A stretch of 63,946 bases of DNA, counting the filler, from Collodictyon triciliatum (taxonomy: Eukaryota): NCBI GenBank assembly GCA_043381765.1. It is 23 parts of 23 records of this genome, joined end to end, with 100 filler letters (N's around TTAATTAATTAA, not from the genome) between each part and the next. Parts side by side here need not be neighbours in the genome. Positions count along the whole stretch, not along the records: positions 1 to 2,692 come from JBHJMP010008438.1; positions 2,793 to 5,482 come from JBHJMP010008439.1; positions 5,583 to 8,269 come from JBHJMP010008440.1; positions 8,370 to 11,055 come from JBHJMP010008441.1; positions 11,156 to 13,889 come from JBHJMP010008442.1; positions 13,990 to 16,676 come from JBHJMP010008443.1; positions 16,777 to 19,460 come from JBHJMP010008444.1; 16 more parts are not named here. One strand, written 5' to 3'. How positions within the stretch are numbered: the stretch's first letter is position 1; each line of letters starts with the position of its first letter. The notes beneath the pieces were generated by a model, which was given only the letters and a program-made list of their open reading frames with translations, was not told where the DNA came from and searched no databases. Position numbers and translations under genes: made by a program. Shown here in pieces: positions 1 to 17,087 of the stretch.

Positions 1-89
<89 letters not shown>

Positions 90-110
90 TGATGATAATG
101 ATAATAATAA
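1..110. repeat. (AAT)n microsatellite, representative of the simple repeats ending most contigs (AAAAGAAT, AAAT, GAGAA, ACAT, polyA/T, GA, CA, GGAATA, TAC etc.)
   Basis: Directly visible tandem repeats at contig ends. Confidence 0.97.
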
Positions 111-195
111 GGTTTGACATAGTCCTTGAAAGAAAGGAATCCAATTTCGAGAAAAAATAACAGAAAAGATTATATTTAATATTATCATTCTCACC

Positions 196-2661
<2,466 letters not shown>

Positions 2662-2692
2662 TCAAAACAAAAAAAAAAAAACAAAACAAAAC

Positions 2693-2792
2693 NNNNNNNN
2701 NNNNNNNNNNNNNNNNNNNNNNNNNNNNNNNNNNNNTTAATTAATTAANNNNNNNNNNNNNNNNNNNNNNNNNNNNNNNNNNNNNNNNNNNN
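2693..2792. other. Artificial contig linker (N44-TTAATTAATTAA-N44); 22 such linkers split the window into 23 unlinked contigs
   Basis: The same 100-nt spacer with stops in all six frames recurs every ~2.78 kb (e.g. 5483, 8270, 11056, 13890, 16677 ... 61170). Contig lengths fall almost monotonically from ~2690 to ~2677. Confidence 0.98.
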
Positions 2793-3091
2793 AAGAATAA
2801 AAGAATAAAAGAATAAAAGAATAAAAGAATAAAAGAATAAAAGAATAAAAGAATAAAAGAATAAAAGAATAAAAGAATAAAAGAATAAAAGAATAAAAGA
2901 AGAAAAGAAGAAAAGAAGAAAAGAAGAAAAAAAGAAAAGAAGAAAAGAAGAAAAGAAGAAAAAAAGAAAAAAAGAAAAGAAGAAAAGAAGAAAAGAAGAA
3001 AAGAAGAAAAGAAGAAAAGAAGAAAAGAAGAAAAGAGGGTCTTCATATCCTATGATATTTTTTTTTGTCCTTATCGATTTTGAGGCAATAC

Positions 3092-5272
<2,181 letters not shown>

Positions 5273-5395
5273 TATCATTAATTAATTCAGTATTTATATA
5301 AGAACAATCATATATTCATTTTATCTGCGTGTGTATAGGTGTATATTTCAACGCAAGCTTATTTTTATCTTGGGAGGTTCCCATTTATCGGAGAA

Positions 5396-5482
<87 letters not shown>

Positions 5483-5603
5483 NNNNNNNNNNNNNNNNNN
5501 NNNNNNNNNNNNNNNNNNNNNNNNNNTTAATTAATTAANNNNNNNNNNNNNNNNNNNNNNNNNNNNNNNNNNNNNNNNNNNNTTTTTTCTTTTTTCTTTT
5601 TTT

Positions 5604-5682
<79 letters not shown>

Positions 5683-6026
5683 CTTTTTTTCTTTTTTTCT
5701 TTTTTTCCTTTTTCTTTTTTCTCTTTTTCCTTTTTCTTTTTTTCTTCGATCTAGATCCTATTTTTTTATTCTTCCTTTCAATTTTGTGCGGTTGTTCGAT
5801 CTGGATCTTGAACACAAGTGCAAAACAAACACAGGCAAACTCTGCAGGAGAACGCACTCCTTTTGGAGGGAAAAGCTAACAAAGAGAATCCCGAGTAACA
5901 AAGCGCACAGAGAACTCGAAGGGAAAGGAAACAAGAAGAAAATATCGAAAAGTAATAGCAACATTCAAAGTCGCACCCGAACGACTTTTTAGTTTGTTAA
6001 ACAGCAGATACGATCAGCGGAACGAA

Positions 6027-8269
6027 ATGGTCAACCGCGAAGGCTCGATCGGATTTCTGTCAAAGGGAATACTCAAAACGGTACGACCTTCGTTGTGTTT
6101 ATATGTAAATTCTTCTCTACGCTTTATTATGTATTTTTTTCCCGCTATTCTAAAGCTTTTTCTGTGACTTTTTTTGTCTATGTCTTTATCCTACGCGTTT
6201 TTTTTTTAATTCCTGGTCGATTTGTTTCTGATTTCGACGCGACTCTATGCTTCTTCATACGTTCACCATGACAAGCACAATTTGACGGACACATTGCATC
6301 ACAAGAGATAAAGAGGAGAAAGAAAGAAAGGGCAAAAGAGAAAAAGAGACTATATCATTCTTCATATCTTCATCGCACTTCTACTTGCAACTAAAGAAGC
6401 ATATACATTTGCAACGCAAATACAGGCAAACCATGCAGAAATCCGAACCCCGCACGCCCCAACAACGGCGCATCCGCAAAATCAGAATCTCGTTCGCATG
6501 CAAACGCGACAGGGTTCCAACACGTTTCTTCCTTCCCGCAAAGCGCCGCGCAAGACTGTCTCTTTTAATCCCACCATCACGATTGCCGTGCCGCGCATCG
6601 CACAGAACCGAATGCCCATCGGTGCAGCCGCGGCCGTCGTTTCTGCACAGACAACATCCGAAGTCGATGACCGGCCCCATCGCAGACTCACATCGCCGCC
6701 GCCGATGCATCCAAAGGCGCCTGAGACTGCTGCTGATGTGTCCTTGCATAGTGGCCTTCGTATGTGCATGAATCGTCCTTTCTCAAAAGAAAAGGAAGGG
6801 GAAAAAGGATTTTTTTTTCTTTCATCCGAGTCAAACTGCGGGAAAAAGGGATATACCCGCTCGTGTTATCTCCTTATTTAAATATCCGTTAAATCACGCT
6901 TGATTCTATTTTATATGTGCATTTATGTTGTTTATTTTCTGGTTGGTGAACCAAAACCTAAGTTGATATTATTATTAGTATTAGTATTATTATTGGTATT
7001 AGTGGTGGTTTTGTTTTTAATGTGAAATTATTTTCAATATCCAGAATCGGGTGATCAAACAAATGGACGCGTGAATGAGGCCGGAAACTATGTCGCTGCT
7101 CGAGACTTATCCACTATAATTGGTTCCTCACACGAGGACGTTCTAGCCGAGAAAAGCAGAGGGGCATCAAAAGACCACGATTCTGAATTGCCAAAAAGTG
7201 ACCAAAAGAAAGATGTTAAAGCGCAAGATTTGCCGATGACTAGAGCAAGAGTGGATTCGGAGTCATCCATGGAACGAAGATTGTCCATATCACAGAGTCA
7301 CAAATCAAGTAAATAATGGCGTGTGGAACATTTTTTTTAACTCTCATATCTTCATATTTATACATCCCCTTCGTTTGTGTATACAACGAGGCAGCAGCAA
7401 ATTTGCCTTCGTCTCTCCTCTTTTTACTCGTTGATTAAATATAAATTTCTATGGCTTGGCCGTGCTTGAATATTTATTTATATTTATAATTTTTTTCAAT
7501 TTTTCCACAGCAAAACCAGCCCCAGGAAAGATATATGATGATAAGGTTGAAAATCAAGAAAGGATTGATAATTTACCGACTTAAACCACCTCTTTTGCTT
7601 AATCTAGTGTTATTTTTCGATAACCAATCGTCCTCTTTCCACTTTTCCTCGCAGCAATCCCAAGTAACCGAAGAGTGTGCTATTTTACATGGAAAAGAAA
7701 TACCTTTTTTATTCATGGAGACTTTTACTTATTTGTCGTCTGTCTACGTTCGCGATGCCGTTCCGGTGAGAGCAAAGAGATTTTCTTTCTTAATTCTCTA
7801 TTCTTTATTTTATTTTATCTTATTTTATCTGTTTATTGTCGTTGAAATTATTTTATTTTTTTTGAAGATGCTGTCTATTGGTCTATGTATGCTAAATTTT
7901 CAAGTGGCTCGAATACAACGTTTGCCTGTTTTTTTCTTTTCTTTTCTTTTCTTAAAAATCAATCTTTTGTAACCCAGGATGCATGGCCGAATACATGTGA
8001 ACAAGATGCTACTAACGGCACAAATCCTGGTGGCCAATCTGGTGTTACAGGCCCTACCATTCCCTCAACCAAAGCAGGTGTTACTGTCGCACCATCGAAG
8101 TCGCCGCAACCTAATGGAACTGCAGATAATGGAAATGCCCCCGATGAGTTTGATGAAGATGACAACGAACAAAACAAGAAAAAGCCACCAGATTATGTTC
8201 CTTCAAGCATTATCCCACTGAGAAAGACTCTCTCCAAAGGGGCTGTGCAATGGGGGAAAATCAACGAGA
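6027..8269 (+). CDS. Low-complexity protein with GILK and RKTVSF motifs (candidate PP1-interacting protein), partial
   Basis: Exon 6027-6080 (MVNREGSIGFLSKGILKT) splices in phase to the exon starting at 6426 (...RKAPRKTVSFNP). Further likely exons lie near 7045-7309 and 7978-8269. Confidence 0.5.
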
Positions 8270-8499
8270 NNNNNNNNNNNNNNNNNNNNNNNNNNNNNNN
8301 NNNNNNNNNNNNNTTAATTAATTAANNNNNNNNNNNNNNNNNNNNNNNNNNNNNNNNNNNNNNNNNNNNGAGAAGAGAAGAGAAGAGAAGAGAAGAGAAG
8401 AGAAGAGAAGAGAAGAGAAGAGAAGAGAAGAGAAGAGAAGAGAAGAGAAGAGAAGAGAAGAGAAGAGAAGTAAGCATGTAGCCGAAGAATTAACAGAAC

Positions 8500-8587
8500 C
8501 TCGCTTCTTGACGATGTCTCGGAAGACTTCCTCTGCCATAGGCGAACGGCAGTAATTGCCAAGACAGACAAACAAAATCGACGCCAT
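8500..8587 (-). CDS. Low-molecular-weight protein tyrosine phosphatase, first exon
   Basis: MASILFVCLGNYCRSPMAEEVF matches the LMW-PTP P-loop signature (V)CLGNxCRS. Confidence 0.9.
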
Positions 8588-9448
8588 CTTCAGGTTTTTT
8601 CTTTGTGGAAGCTTCAACCTTTTGTAAGAGTATTTGCTATAAGTGCGACTCCTTTCCTCTTCTCTGTCTTCTTTTTTTCTGCTCTTTTTTAGTCCGTCTC
8701 TATGAATCTCTGGCTCATACCCCTTGGCAACATAGGACTCTGATGCAGTCGCAAGGATCACATTGGAAAATGCACTCTCATATTTACTTTGTAATACAGG
8801 TTAAATTAAATAAATATAGAGGTTTGAAACAAGGCTGCGTTAGAGTAAGCGCAAAGAAGTCATCTGTTGCCGACCGGCTCGAAAAGTCTGAGGACTTGGA
8901 CTCGTTCCCCAAGCTTGATCAAGCTTATCTTGGCCTTGCAGGCTCCCCAACCAGCTGTGAAAAGAAGATTTACTCTGTGTTTTATCCGTCGTTTGTGCAG
9001 GTCGAATCCATCCTCCTGTGAAGGCATTCGGTTGCTCCTTTAAGGGATATGCGTTCTGCCGACCAGTGAACTATCTCTCTGTAATCTTTCTAGTTTGGGT
9101 TGATGATGAGAGCTATCCTTTGCCCCTTCAAGAAACGATAAACTACAGTGAGAGCAATTCGAACATTTCTTCCTTATTTCTTTTTCTTGTTTTCTTTTAT
9201 GGTTATTATTGGTGCAGACGTATTTCCGATACTAATCACAATAATCTTATATCGTTGCCAAACGACCATTACCAGAATGTAAAAGTTCTGGCATCATAAG
9301 GAGGTAGCCTTTTTTTTTTCCCGTCTTCTAATGTTCTTCATAATCTTGGTCCTTTTCTTCTTTTTTCTTCTTCCTCCTATTTACTGTCAAGCGAGAGGAT
9401 TAGAAAACGAATAGAAAAAGTATCTCGAGCGAATGATTCAATTAAGCC

Positions 9449-10810
9449 TCATTCCGAAACATCCTGGCTGCTGCTTGTCACTGTAGAATCGAAAGAAAGC
9501 GGATCGAAAATTCTCTTGATAATCGGCTCAGATTGAGTCTTGAGTAGTGGTAATAAATCATGGTTGTCAGGAGACTGGCTTTTGATTTCGAAAGTTGGTG
9601 TTGGTGGTGTTGGTGCGCCGACGTTGATGAAGTCGGGAGGAGACGGATCATCCTAAGAATAATCACTGAATTATTTGAATATTCATCAATTTCCTTATTT
9701 AATAGCTCAGGGATTACTTCATCATCTGCTTGGTTGTTGTGCATATTCTAAGGTCAATATATATGCATATAAAGTGAATCAAACAAAGTATAAGTGGCTT
9801 TTTATCAAGAGCTCAGAAACATTCAAAACAACACTAGAAATATACTTGAAAGTGTTTGGATAGTTGTATCGCCATTTCTTTAGGAATATGAAGGCTTCGA
9901 AGGGCTGCAATTAGGTCTTTTCGAAAGATGAAATAAGTCCCAATTTTCTTGATGAAAGGAACCAACTCTTCAAAATTATCAATTTTCAGGATTTCGTCTG
10001 CCGCAGGAGGGTTGACATGTATTTTATGTATTTATTTAGTACTCTTTTGCTAAGATTATTACGACTCTCAAAAAAGCTTTTTATTCTCTAAAAACAAACA
10101 AACATATTCCTGGTTTCATCGAGGATTTGAAGTAATTGAAAAGTGGGGGGAAAAAAACCTTGCATGGAACGCAGTATGGCAAGTGAACCATAAAATAGAA
10201 AGATCCTGCCCTCCAGGAAGAACATATCCCAAAGCCATAAGCACGCTTGGAATGGGATATTGTAAGTAAATAATGTTGCAATCCATTCCGTCAAGTAAAA
10301 CATAGGGAACACGCCATATGTTTCCTGTGGTAATTTATTTGTTGGTTAAGTAATGAATGAAATCTAAGATAATGCTTATTTATAGGTAGCCTTACGGAAA
10401 TGATCACAGAGAAATAAAGACTTTAGGTAGGGACATGAAAAGAAACACAGATAAATCTCCAAAAAAAAAAAAATACCAAATGTACGTGTAACTTAGGAAG
10501 CACCGCCTTTAACACTTGGTCGAATTCCTTTAAGTAGCGATAAAGGAGTTCAGACTTTCCGAGAAACAAAAGACCGAGTTCATAAGGAGGATTTGAGAGT
10601 AACGCATCGAGAACCCAAAAGGCGTCCTTCACATTATTTACGACGAATGAGTTTCAGGCAAATCATAATCAAGTAATGTAATACCAATTGTTCAATATGA
10701 GTGCGTATTTGGCAATTAAAAAATTGTTGAAATTTTTGACGTGAATAAAAAAAAAGGAAGATAAAACCTCCTCTTTAAAAAAGAACAAAAGCATCGCCCC
10801 GAGATTATTC
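9449..10810 (-). CDS. TBC-domain Rab GTPase-activating protein, C-terminal part
   Basis: Exons EE|DAFWVLDALL, LPKLHVHL, FYLTEWIATLFTYNIP and LWLWDMFFLEGRIFLFYGSLAIL are typical of the TBC C-terminal subdomain. Confidence 0.88.
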
Positions 10811-11478
10811 ATACCCTAATTAAAAGTAGAAAGTTTAGATCAGAGATGATGAGACTATTGGGAAAAAATGGAGATACGCTTATCGTATTTCGTGGTATGT
10901 TTTTAAGTAAAATTATAATGAATGGTATTGTAAAGAAAAATAAGACATGTACGAACATACATACATACATACATACATACATACATACATACATACATAC
11001 ATACATACATACATACATACATACATACATACATACATACATACATACATACATANNNNNNNNNNNNNNNNNNNNNNNNNNNNNNNNNNNNNNNNNNNNT
11101 TAATTAATTAANNNNNNNNNNNNNNNNNNNNNNNNNNNNNNNNNNNNNNNNNNNNGCATGGGTATGCCGGGGGTGATGGCATGAAGAAGATGCGGGGGAA
11201 GGGGAAAGGGGAAAGGAGTCACTCCCAAATGCTATCCTCCACAAGTCGGTCGGGCTCGTGGAACTTTTGGTTCTTTCTTTATTACTGCCCGCAATACGCA
11301 GCCTCACGCGGAGTGCGCCGTGCAAAAGTAAATAAAAATAGAAGAAAAAAAAAAGATAAGGAGAGGCTTTCATGTGCAGACAACAAACGTAATGTGCGTA
11401 TATGCACATGGGAGCGCACCACCTGGGCACAAGGAGGAACGACACGAAACAAAGAGAAGCGAAGAGAACAAGAAAGAT

Positions 11479-11727
11479 TTTTTTTTTTTCCTTTATTCGA
11501 TTCAAAGTGTAGCGAGGTTATGCCATACAAAGGGGCGGGATGGGAGCGCATGGGAGAGAGCAAACGCGAGTAGGAGAAGACACTACCGTGGAGAGGCTAG
11601 CACTGGAAAGAAATCAGTGATAGCGAGCTGGTCAGGTGGGCGTCCCAACTGGTTGATTGGTTGTGCGGGTAGCAGTGGTTGGATATGCTGTGGGAGATAT
11701 CTTACGACACGTTCCCACATCTCTCTT
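11479..11727 (-). mobile_element. 5'-truncated non-LTR retrotransposon copy (ORF2 C-terminus + 3'UTR + AATAAA + polyA) with 19-bp TSD
   Basis: TSD CGAAGAGAACAAGAAAGAT at 11460-11478 and 11728-11746. The minus strand reads REMWERV...QLAITDFFPVLASPR*, similar to the RDMWKE...QFLITDYF end of the other LINE copies, then ...GAATCGAATAAAGG-polyA. Confidence 0.88.
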
Positions 11728-11941
11728 CGAAGAGAACAAGAAAGATAAAGATAAAGATAAAGATTAAGATTAAGGGAACGGAGTGAACAGAGAACACTAA
11801 GAAAACAGGTTGCATAACCAGGTGCCAAGGTCAACCATCCGGCGAAGAATATGCAGCGCGGCACCATCCCCACGCTACTGACGTCGACGACTGGACAGAT
11901 GTGCTCGAAGGGTAGTAAGGCTGCTGCGGCTACGACTGCGC

Positions 11942-13683
11942 CTACGGGGACGGGTTGTGGGAGGCGGATGCAGAAGTGGAGTGCGGAAGGGAGTCGTGCG
12001 AGTGGAGGAGGGGGGCGACGGGGGTGTGGCGGTGGTCGGGGTTTGCGGGGGGCTTTGCGGCGATTGCGGCGAGGTCTGAGATTGCGTCGTTTGTGATGTC
12101 GACGATGCGGGGGATCTGGATGTGGAGCGGGAGGTGGAGGGGCGGGGCGTGTGTGGGGAGCTGCAGGGCGCTGTCGGGCAGGGCGTGGGAGGCGAGGGAG
12201 GCGCGGCGGAAGGCGGCGAGGGTCAGGGGGCTGTGTGCGGGGTGCAGCTGGAGATAGAGGATGTAGTGGACGAGGGGCAGGCCGAGGGCGACGACGGCGT
12301 AGGCCATGGCCAGGCCGGCAAGAGCGTCGAGGGCGTAGTGGAAGCCGCCGTAGACGGTGGCCAGGCAGAGGGCGGGGACGAGGGGCAGGTAGGCGCGGGC
12401 CAGGGGGCGGTGGAAGCGGGCGGCCAGCAGCATGCACGTCACGGAGATGCCCACGTGCGAGGAGGGGAAGGCCGTGCCCATGGACGAGCCGCCCGCGACA
12501 ATGCCGTGCGTGATGTGCGAGAAGACAAAGCCGACGCGCGCAGGGTCCGGCGGCGTGAGCGTCCAGTACGGGCCCTTGACGGGCAGCACGATGTAGCAGG
12601 CAAAGCCCGTGTAGAAGCACAGCACCAGCGTGCCGATGGCGACCAGCGCCTGCGCCCGCGGCCGCGTCACCCGCACGGCCAGCGGCAGCGACGCGATGAT
12701 GGGGTACAGCGCAAAGTAGCACATGTGCAGATACTCGCCCACCACCCTCCACCGCAGCACCGGCCACGTGCGCAGCGTCGTCGCCATCTGCTGCCCAAAG
12801 ACCGCCTGCTCCGCCAGCTGCACCTCCTCGTCAAACATCCGCCCGTGCCACACCGTCTGGTTCAGCACCCCGATCTCCGAGTACAGCGCCGCGAACACCG
12901 CCACCGCGTACACGTCCCCGGCAAACCGCACGCCCCGCGCGAGCAGAGTGCGCCGCCCGCCCGCTGCTGTTGCCGCTGCCTCTGTGTCTGCCTCTGCGGC
13001 TGTCTCTGCGGCTGTGCCTCCGTCTGCGTCTGCATCTGCGTCTGCGTCTGCGTCTGCGTCTGCCTTTGCGTCTGCCTTGGTGGCCGTAACCGCAGCCGCA
13101 GCCGCGTCCGCCCCGCCCGTCCCGACCCATGCGCTCAGCACAAGCACTGCCGCGTGGAACGCCGCCCACGCCGCCCGCCCCTCCGCCGCGTCGCCCCGCA
13201 CAGCCCACTCCCACGCGTACAGCGGCAGCGTCAGCAGGAGATAGGCCGCTGTCAGGAAGTCTGCCGGCGTGCAGAACAGCCGCACCGCCCACACAAACCC
13301 CCGCGCAAGTGCGCTGCTGCCTGCGCCCACCGTGACGTCTGCACCGCCGTCGCCACCTGCAGAGCCCTGTGCGCCTGATCGGCAGAGTCCGTGTCAGTCT
13401 TAGTCTCTGTCTAAGTCTCTGTGTCTGTGTTTGTGTCTGTGTCTTTGCGTCGCCACATACCTCTGCCCGCCCCGTCCGGCCCCTCGTCCACACCCCGCCC
13501 CAAGTCCAGCGTCACCTCCTCGTCGTCCTCCACGTAGCGCTGATGCACACGCGCCGTCCGCCGCCCCACGCCGAGCGCAACCCCGTGGTGTGTCCCCACA
13601 CTCTCCTCCGTCTCTCGTGGCCCGTTCACGCCACTTTCGCCTCGGCTGCCCAGCATCCTCTCTTCTTCCTTGCCTGTTTGCAT
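11942..13683 (-). CDS. PAP2-superfamily membrane phosphatase/phosphotransferase (AUR1/IPC-synthase-like PAP2_3), two exons
   Basis: Motifs PVKGP, AFPSSH and HYALDALAG plus several TM segments. Exon 1 (13683-13461) splices in phase over a GTATGT...CAG intron (13460-13357) into the long ORF. Confidence 0.85.
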
Positions 13684-13807
13684 ACACCCCGCCACAACAT
13701 AGAATAGAAAATAAAAAAAGAGGTTGTGAAAAATTGAACGAAGATATTTTGAAAATGCTTCCTTTCTTTAGGGCTCTGTCTTCGTTGGAAGATGCCGTAT
13801 AACGACT

Positions 13808-13889
<82 letters not shown>

Positions 13890-13989
13890 NNNNNNNNNNN
13901 NNNNNNNNNNNNNNNNNNNNNNNNNNNNNNNNNTTAATTAATTAANNNNNNNNNNNNNNNNNNNNNNNNNNNNNNNNNNNNNNNNNNNN

Positions 13990-16676
13990 GCCTTCATCTT
14001 TTCGGGGTCCTTGATAGCGTCCATAATATTTTTTAATTCACGTTTCTCGTTTGCCTCAAACCCACCGCGTTGAGCCCAGCGTTCGATGTCAGGGAATTTC
14101 CCAGGGCCAAATCGTTTGCCAGATTGCACACCAAAGTATTGCCCATTACCATCAGGAATAATTTTGACTTCGGAAATACCATTTGCGAATCTTATGATTT
14201 TTGAAGTAGGGCTTCCATTCACTGCGCTTGATAAAATCTTTTCCTGGGAAAATTCAGATGTTTGGATGAATCCTTTTTCTAATTTCAAAGGCTCACCTGT
14301 GCGCATAGATGCATATGCTTCGTTCTGTATATTTTTTTTTTTAATAAAGTCTAGTCGTCTTACAATATCCCTATTAGTTTCATTAGGGAATTGAATATAT
14401 TGCGCACCTAGCTCTTCAAATTGTTTGATTAGATTCTGTTTCTTTTGTTGTAAAGATACATCTGGGTTATTAAGACTTTCAATAAAGTCAGACAGATTTC
14501 TCGTTGGTATATTTTCACCTGATTTTACTCTTGTCAATTCAGCTTCAAAATCTTCACCCTGGGCCATACGAAATCCATCAGCAATTGCAATTTTGAATTC
14601 ACTTAATGTAAACTCACCAACTGGGTCTCCCTCATCATCACGAGGGGCACGTCCACCTACCTCTCTTATAATTGAACCTCTGCTTCCTGTTCCTCGAGTT
14701 CCTTTGCCTGTGTATTCTATTGTATCCCCACTTGTATCCATATACATAAAGAGAAATTTATTTATGCAGTTATGCCTATAAATCTTGTTCTATTCTCATC
14801 TAACCAGATTTGAAATAAATACTCTGATTGTCCTCTTGCAATAGTCCTATATCTTAAAGATACTGGACGCGCTGAAGATTTTTTAATTTCAACTATACCC
14901 TGTCGATCATCTGGTTCTATTCCAAAGTCTTCTAGCAAATCAACATCATCTGCTAGCACCATATTAAAAGTTGTACTGAAATTTGTCTGGGCGTCTACAT
15001 AATCCTCTTCCTGTTGTCCATATCTTGTGACATCAGATATATCCAAATCATCATCAACATGATACCCCGCCATATGGTCTGAGATTGCCCACATTTTTTT
15101 TCGATAAATATCAATGAATCTCACATAATTCTCAAAGGCATCTTCCACTTGTAAACCCAAAAATAAATCACGAGTTGCTTTTAAAAACATAGATGTCGCT
15201 TTTCCATCTAAATAGTAAGAATCCGATGGAAATAATGAATATTGTTCTTGACCAAATGTAATTTCCAACGTTTCATTAATACCTTCAAAAAATGTTTTGA
15301 CTCTTTTAATATTATCATGAGACATCTTATGCATTGCCGATTGATTACCAACATTCTCTGCAAAAAGATTTATGGTGACACGGTCTGCTCTTCCTTTTGC
15401 AATATCATTGACTATATCTTCAGCGTCCTCAAAATATATTGAAATATCATAATCCCAATCAAAAATAGTGTTTGAACCAATTGTCTCATCACCCAAAATA
15501 AAAGACTGTCCTGGAGGTATTTTTTTAGCAGTCCCATACAACTGGGATATATCCACTTCTTTTTCACCCCTTGCTTTTTTGGCAGCAATCATAGTAGATG
15601 TTTCCCCAAATCTAGTTCTACTATAATCTTTGGCATATTGATTCATATTTTCAATTATATAGGGTCTCAACTGACCTAAATTTTTTACAACTCGTGTAAC
15701 ACTGATATCAGTTAATGTATTCAATTCGTTAAATATTGCAAAATAAATATTATTTGTAAAATTCAATCGGTCTTCAGGGTCATTTACAATATCCAAAGTT
15801 AGATAATTAAATCCTAAATTATCTCTACTAAAGTCATATCCCAATCGTTCTAAAACTCTTTTGAAATTCCGTGTACAATTGTCTTAAGAATGACTGCCTT
15901 AAACTTTCGTTTTCTGGAGGTAGTGTATTAATGCTATTCAATATTTGACTAGACACAAACCGATAACTATCGTCTGTTTTATTATACTAAAATCGGTCCA
16001 TCAATGTAATTTTTTTGATATTCTAATTCTTCCTCTTTATCTTTTTCTGTTTTATCTCTATTTAATGCCTGGTCTTTTGCCTGCGCAAGTATTTCTCATT
16101 CAATCCTCTCTTTTTCTTTTTTTATCTACTCCTTCCTTTCTTCTTGTTCAGCTATAGCCTTTCTTGATTTCTCCTCCTTTTCCTTTGCCCTCTTTGCAAG
16201 CTCCTCTTCCATAGCCAGTTGCTTCGGGCTTTTGAAACTTTTTCTAACTGCGTCTGATTTAACAGGTGTAGCTTCTGCTTCAACAGCTTTAACTCCCTTT
16301 ATAATTTCACTTTGTGGTGATATAGACATAATATAATCAATAAACTTTTCAATTGTCGCAGGCTGTTCAACCTGTCTTTTCATTACAAAATCAGTTAAAT
16401 TTATAACCAAGTCGTCCCCATCTAAATCATCATCATTATCTATGTCAGGAAGCCTAAGTCCAAATGCCTTATTAAAAAACTTATGAGAATCTTCACCCAA
16501 CAACAGACCTATTTTCTTTAACAAAACTTTCGCTTTTTTACTTGGTCAGGAATTTCTGTTGTTTCAAGAAAATCACTCAACACACCTAAAAACTTTGATA
16601 CAGTAGTTTTAGTGCTGTACATTATTTTTAATTGATTGCCCCACCTTTGCATCAACATTTGTTTATATGGCTCCGA
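13990..16676 (-). pseudogene. Fragment of one very large intronless gene of unknown, possibly viral origin, disrupted by ~4 frameshifts and 3 in-frame stops
   Basis: The 132-, 360- and ~250-aa ORFs and the gaps between them join into a continuous protein-like reading edge to edge. There are no introns or microsatellites, and codon usage is AT-rich. Confidence 0.65.
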
Positions 16677-16776
16677 NNNNNNNNNNNNNNNNNNNNNNNN
16701 NNNNNNNNNNNNNNNNNNNNTTAATTAATTAANNNNNNNNNNNNNNNNNNNNNNNNNNNNNNNNNNNNNNNNNNNN

Positions 16777-16890
<114 letters not shown>

Positions 16891-17087
16891 AAAAAAAAAC
16901 AAAAAAAACAAAAAAAAACAAAAAAACAAAAAAACAAAAAAACAAAAAAACAAAAAACAAAAAACAAAACAGAAATACAAATAAAAATATGAATAAAAAT
17001 GCAGCACACAAACACATCATCCATTTTTATTCACCCACGGAGTCTTCAGAACTCGCCCAAACAGACTCCGCCCCACTTCCTGCCGTA

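Noticed and set aside
2737..2748. Regularly spaced palindromic TTAATTAATTAA as a biological repeat or CRISPR-like array
   Set aside because: It is always embedded in N-runs and is an assembly linker with six-frame stops.
11831..11944. TAG reassignment or readthrough (after the PAP2 stop the frame reads P*AQS*PQQPYYPSS; TAG also appears at 19669 and in the virus-like contig)
   Set aside because: The long intact ORFs (683, 591, 462, 360 and 336 aa) and all conserved exons I translated need no TAG sense codon. The virus-like contig also has TGA and frameshifts, so decay or chance explains it better.
11583..13493. Long overlapping and antisense ORFs (394, 418, 220, 173 aa) over the PAP2 gene; likewise the 317-aa antisense ORF over the NHL gene
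   Set aside because: These are shadow ORFs caused by high GC and codon bias, with no motifs.
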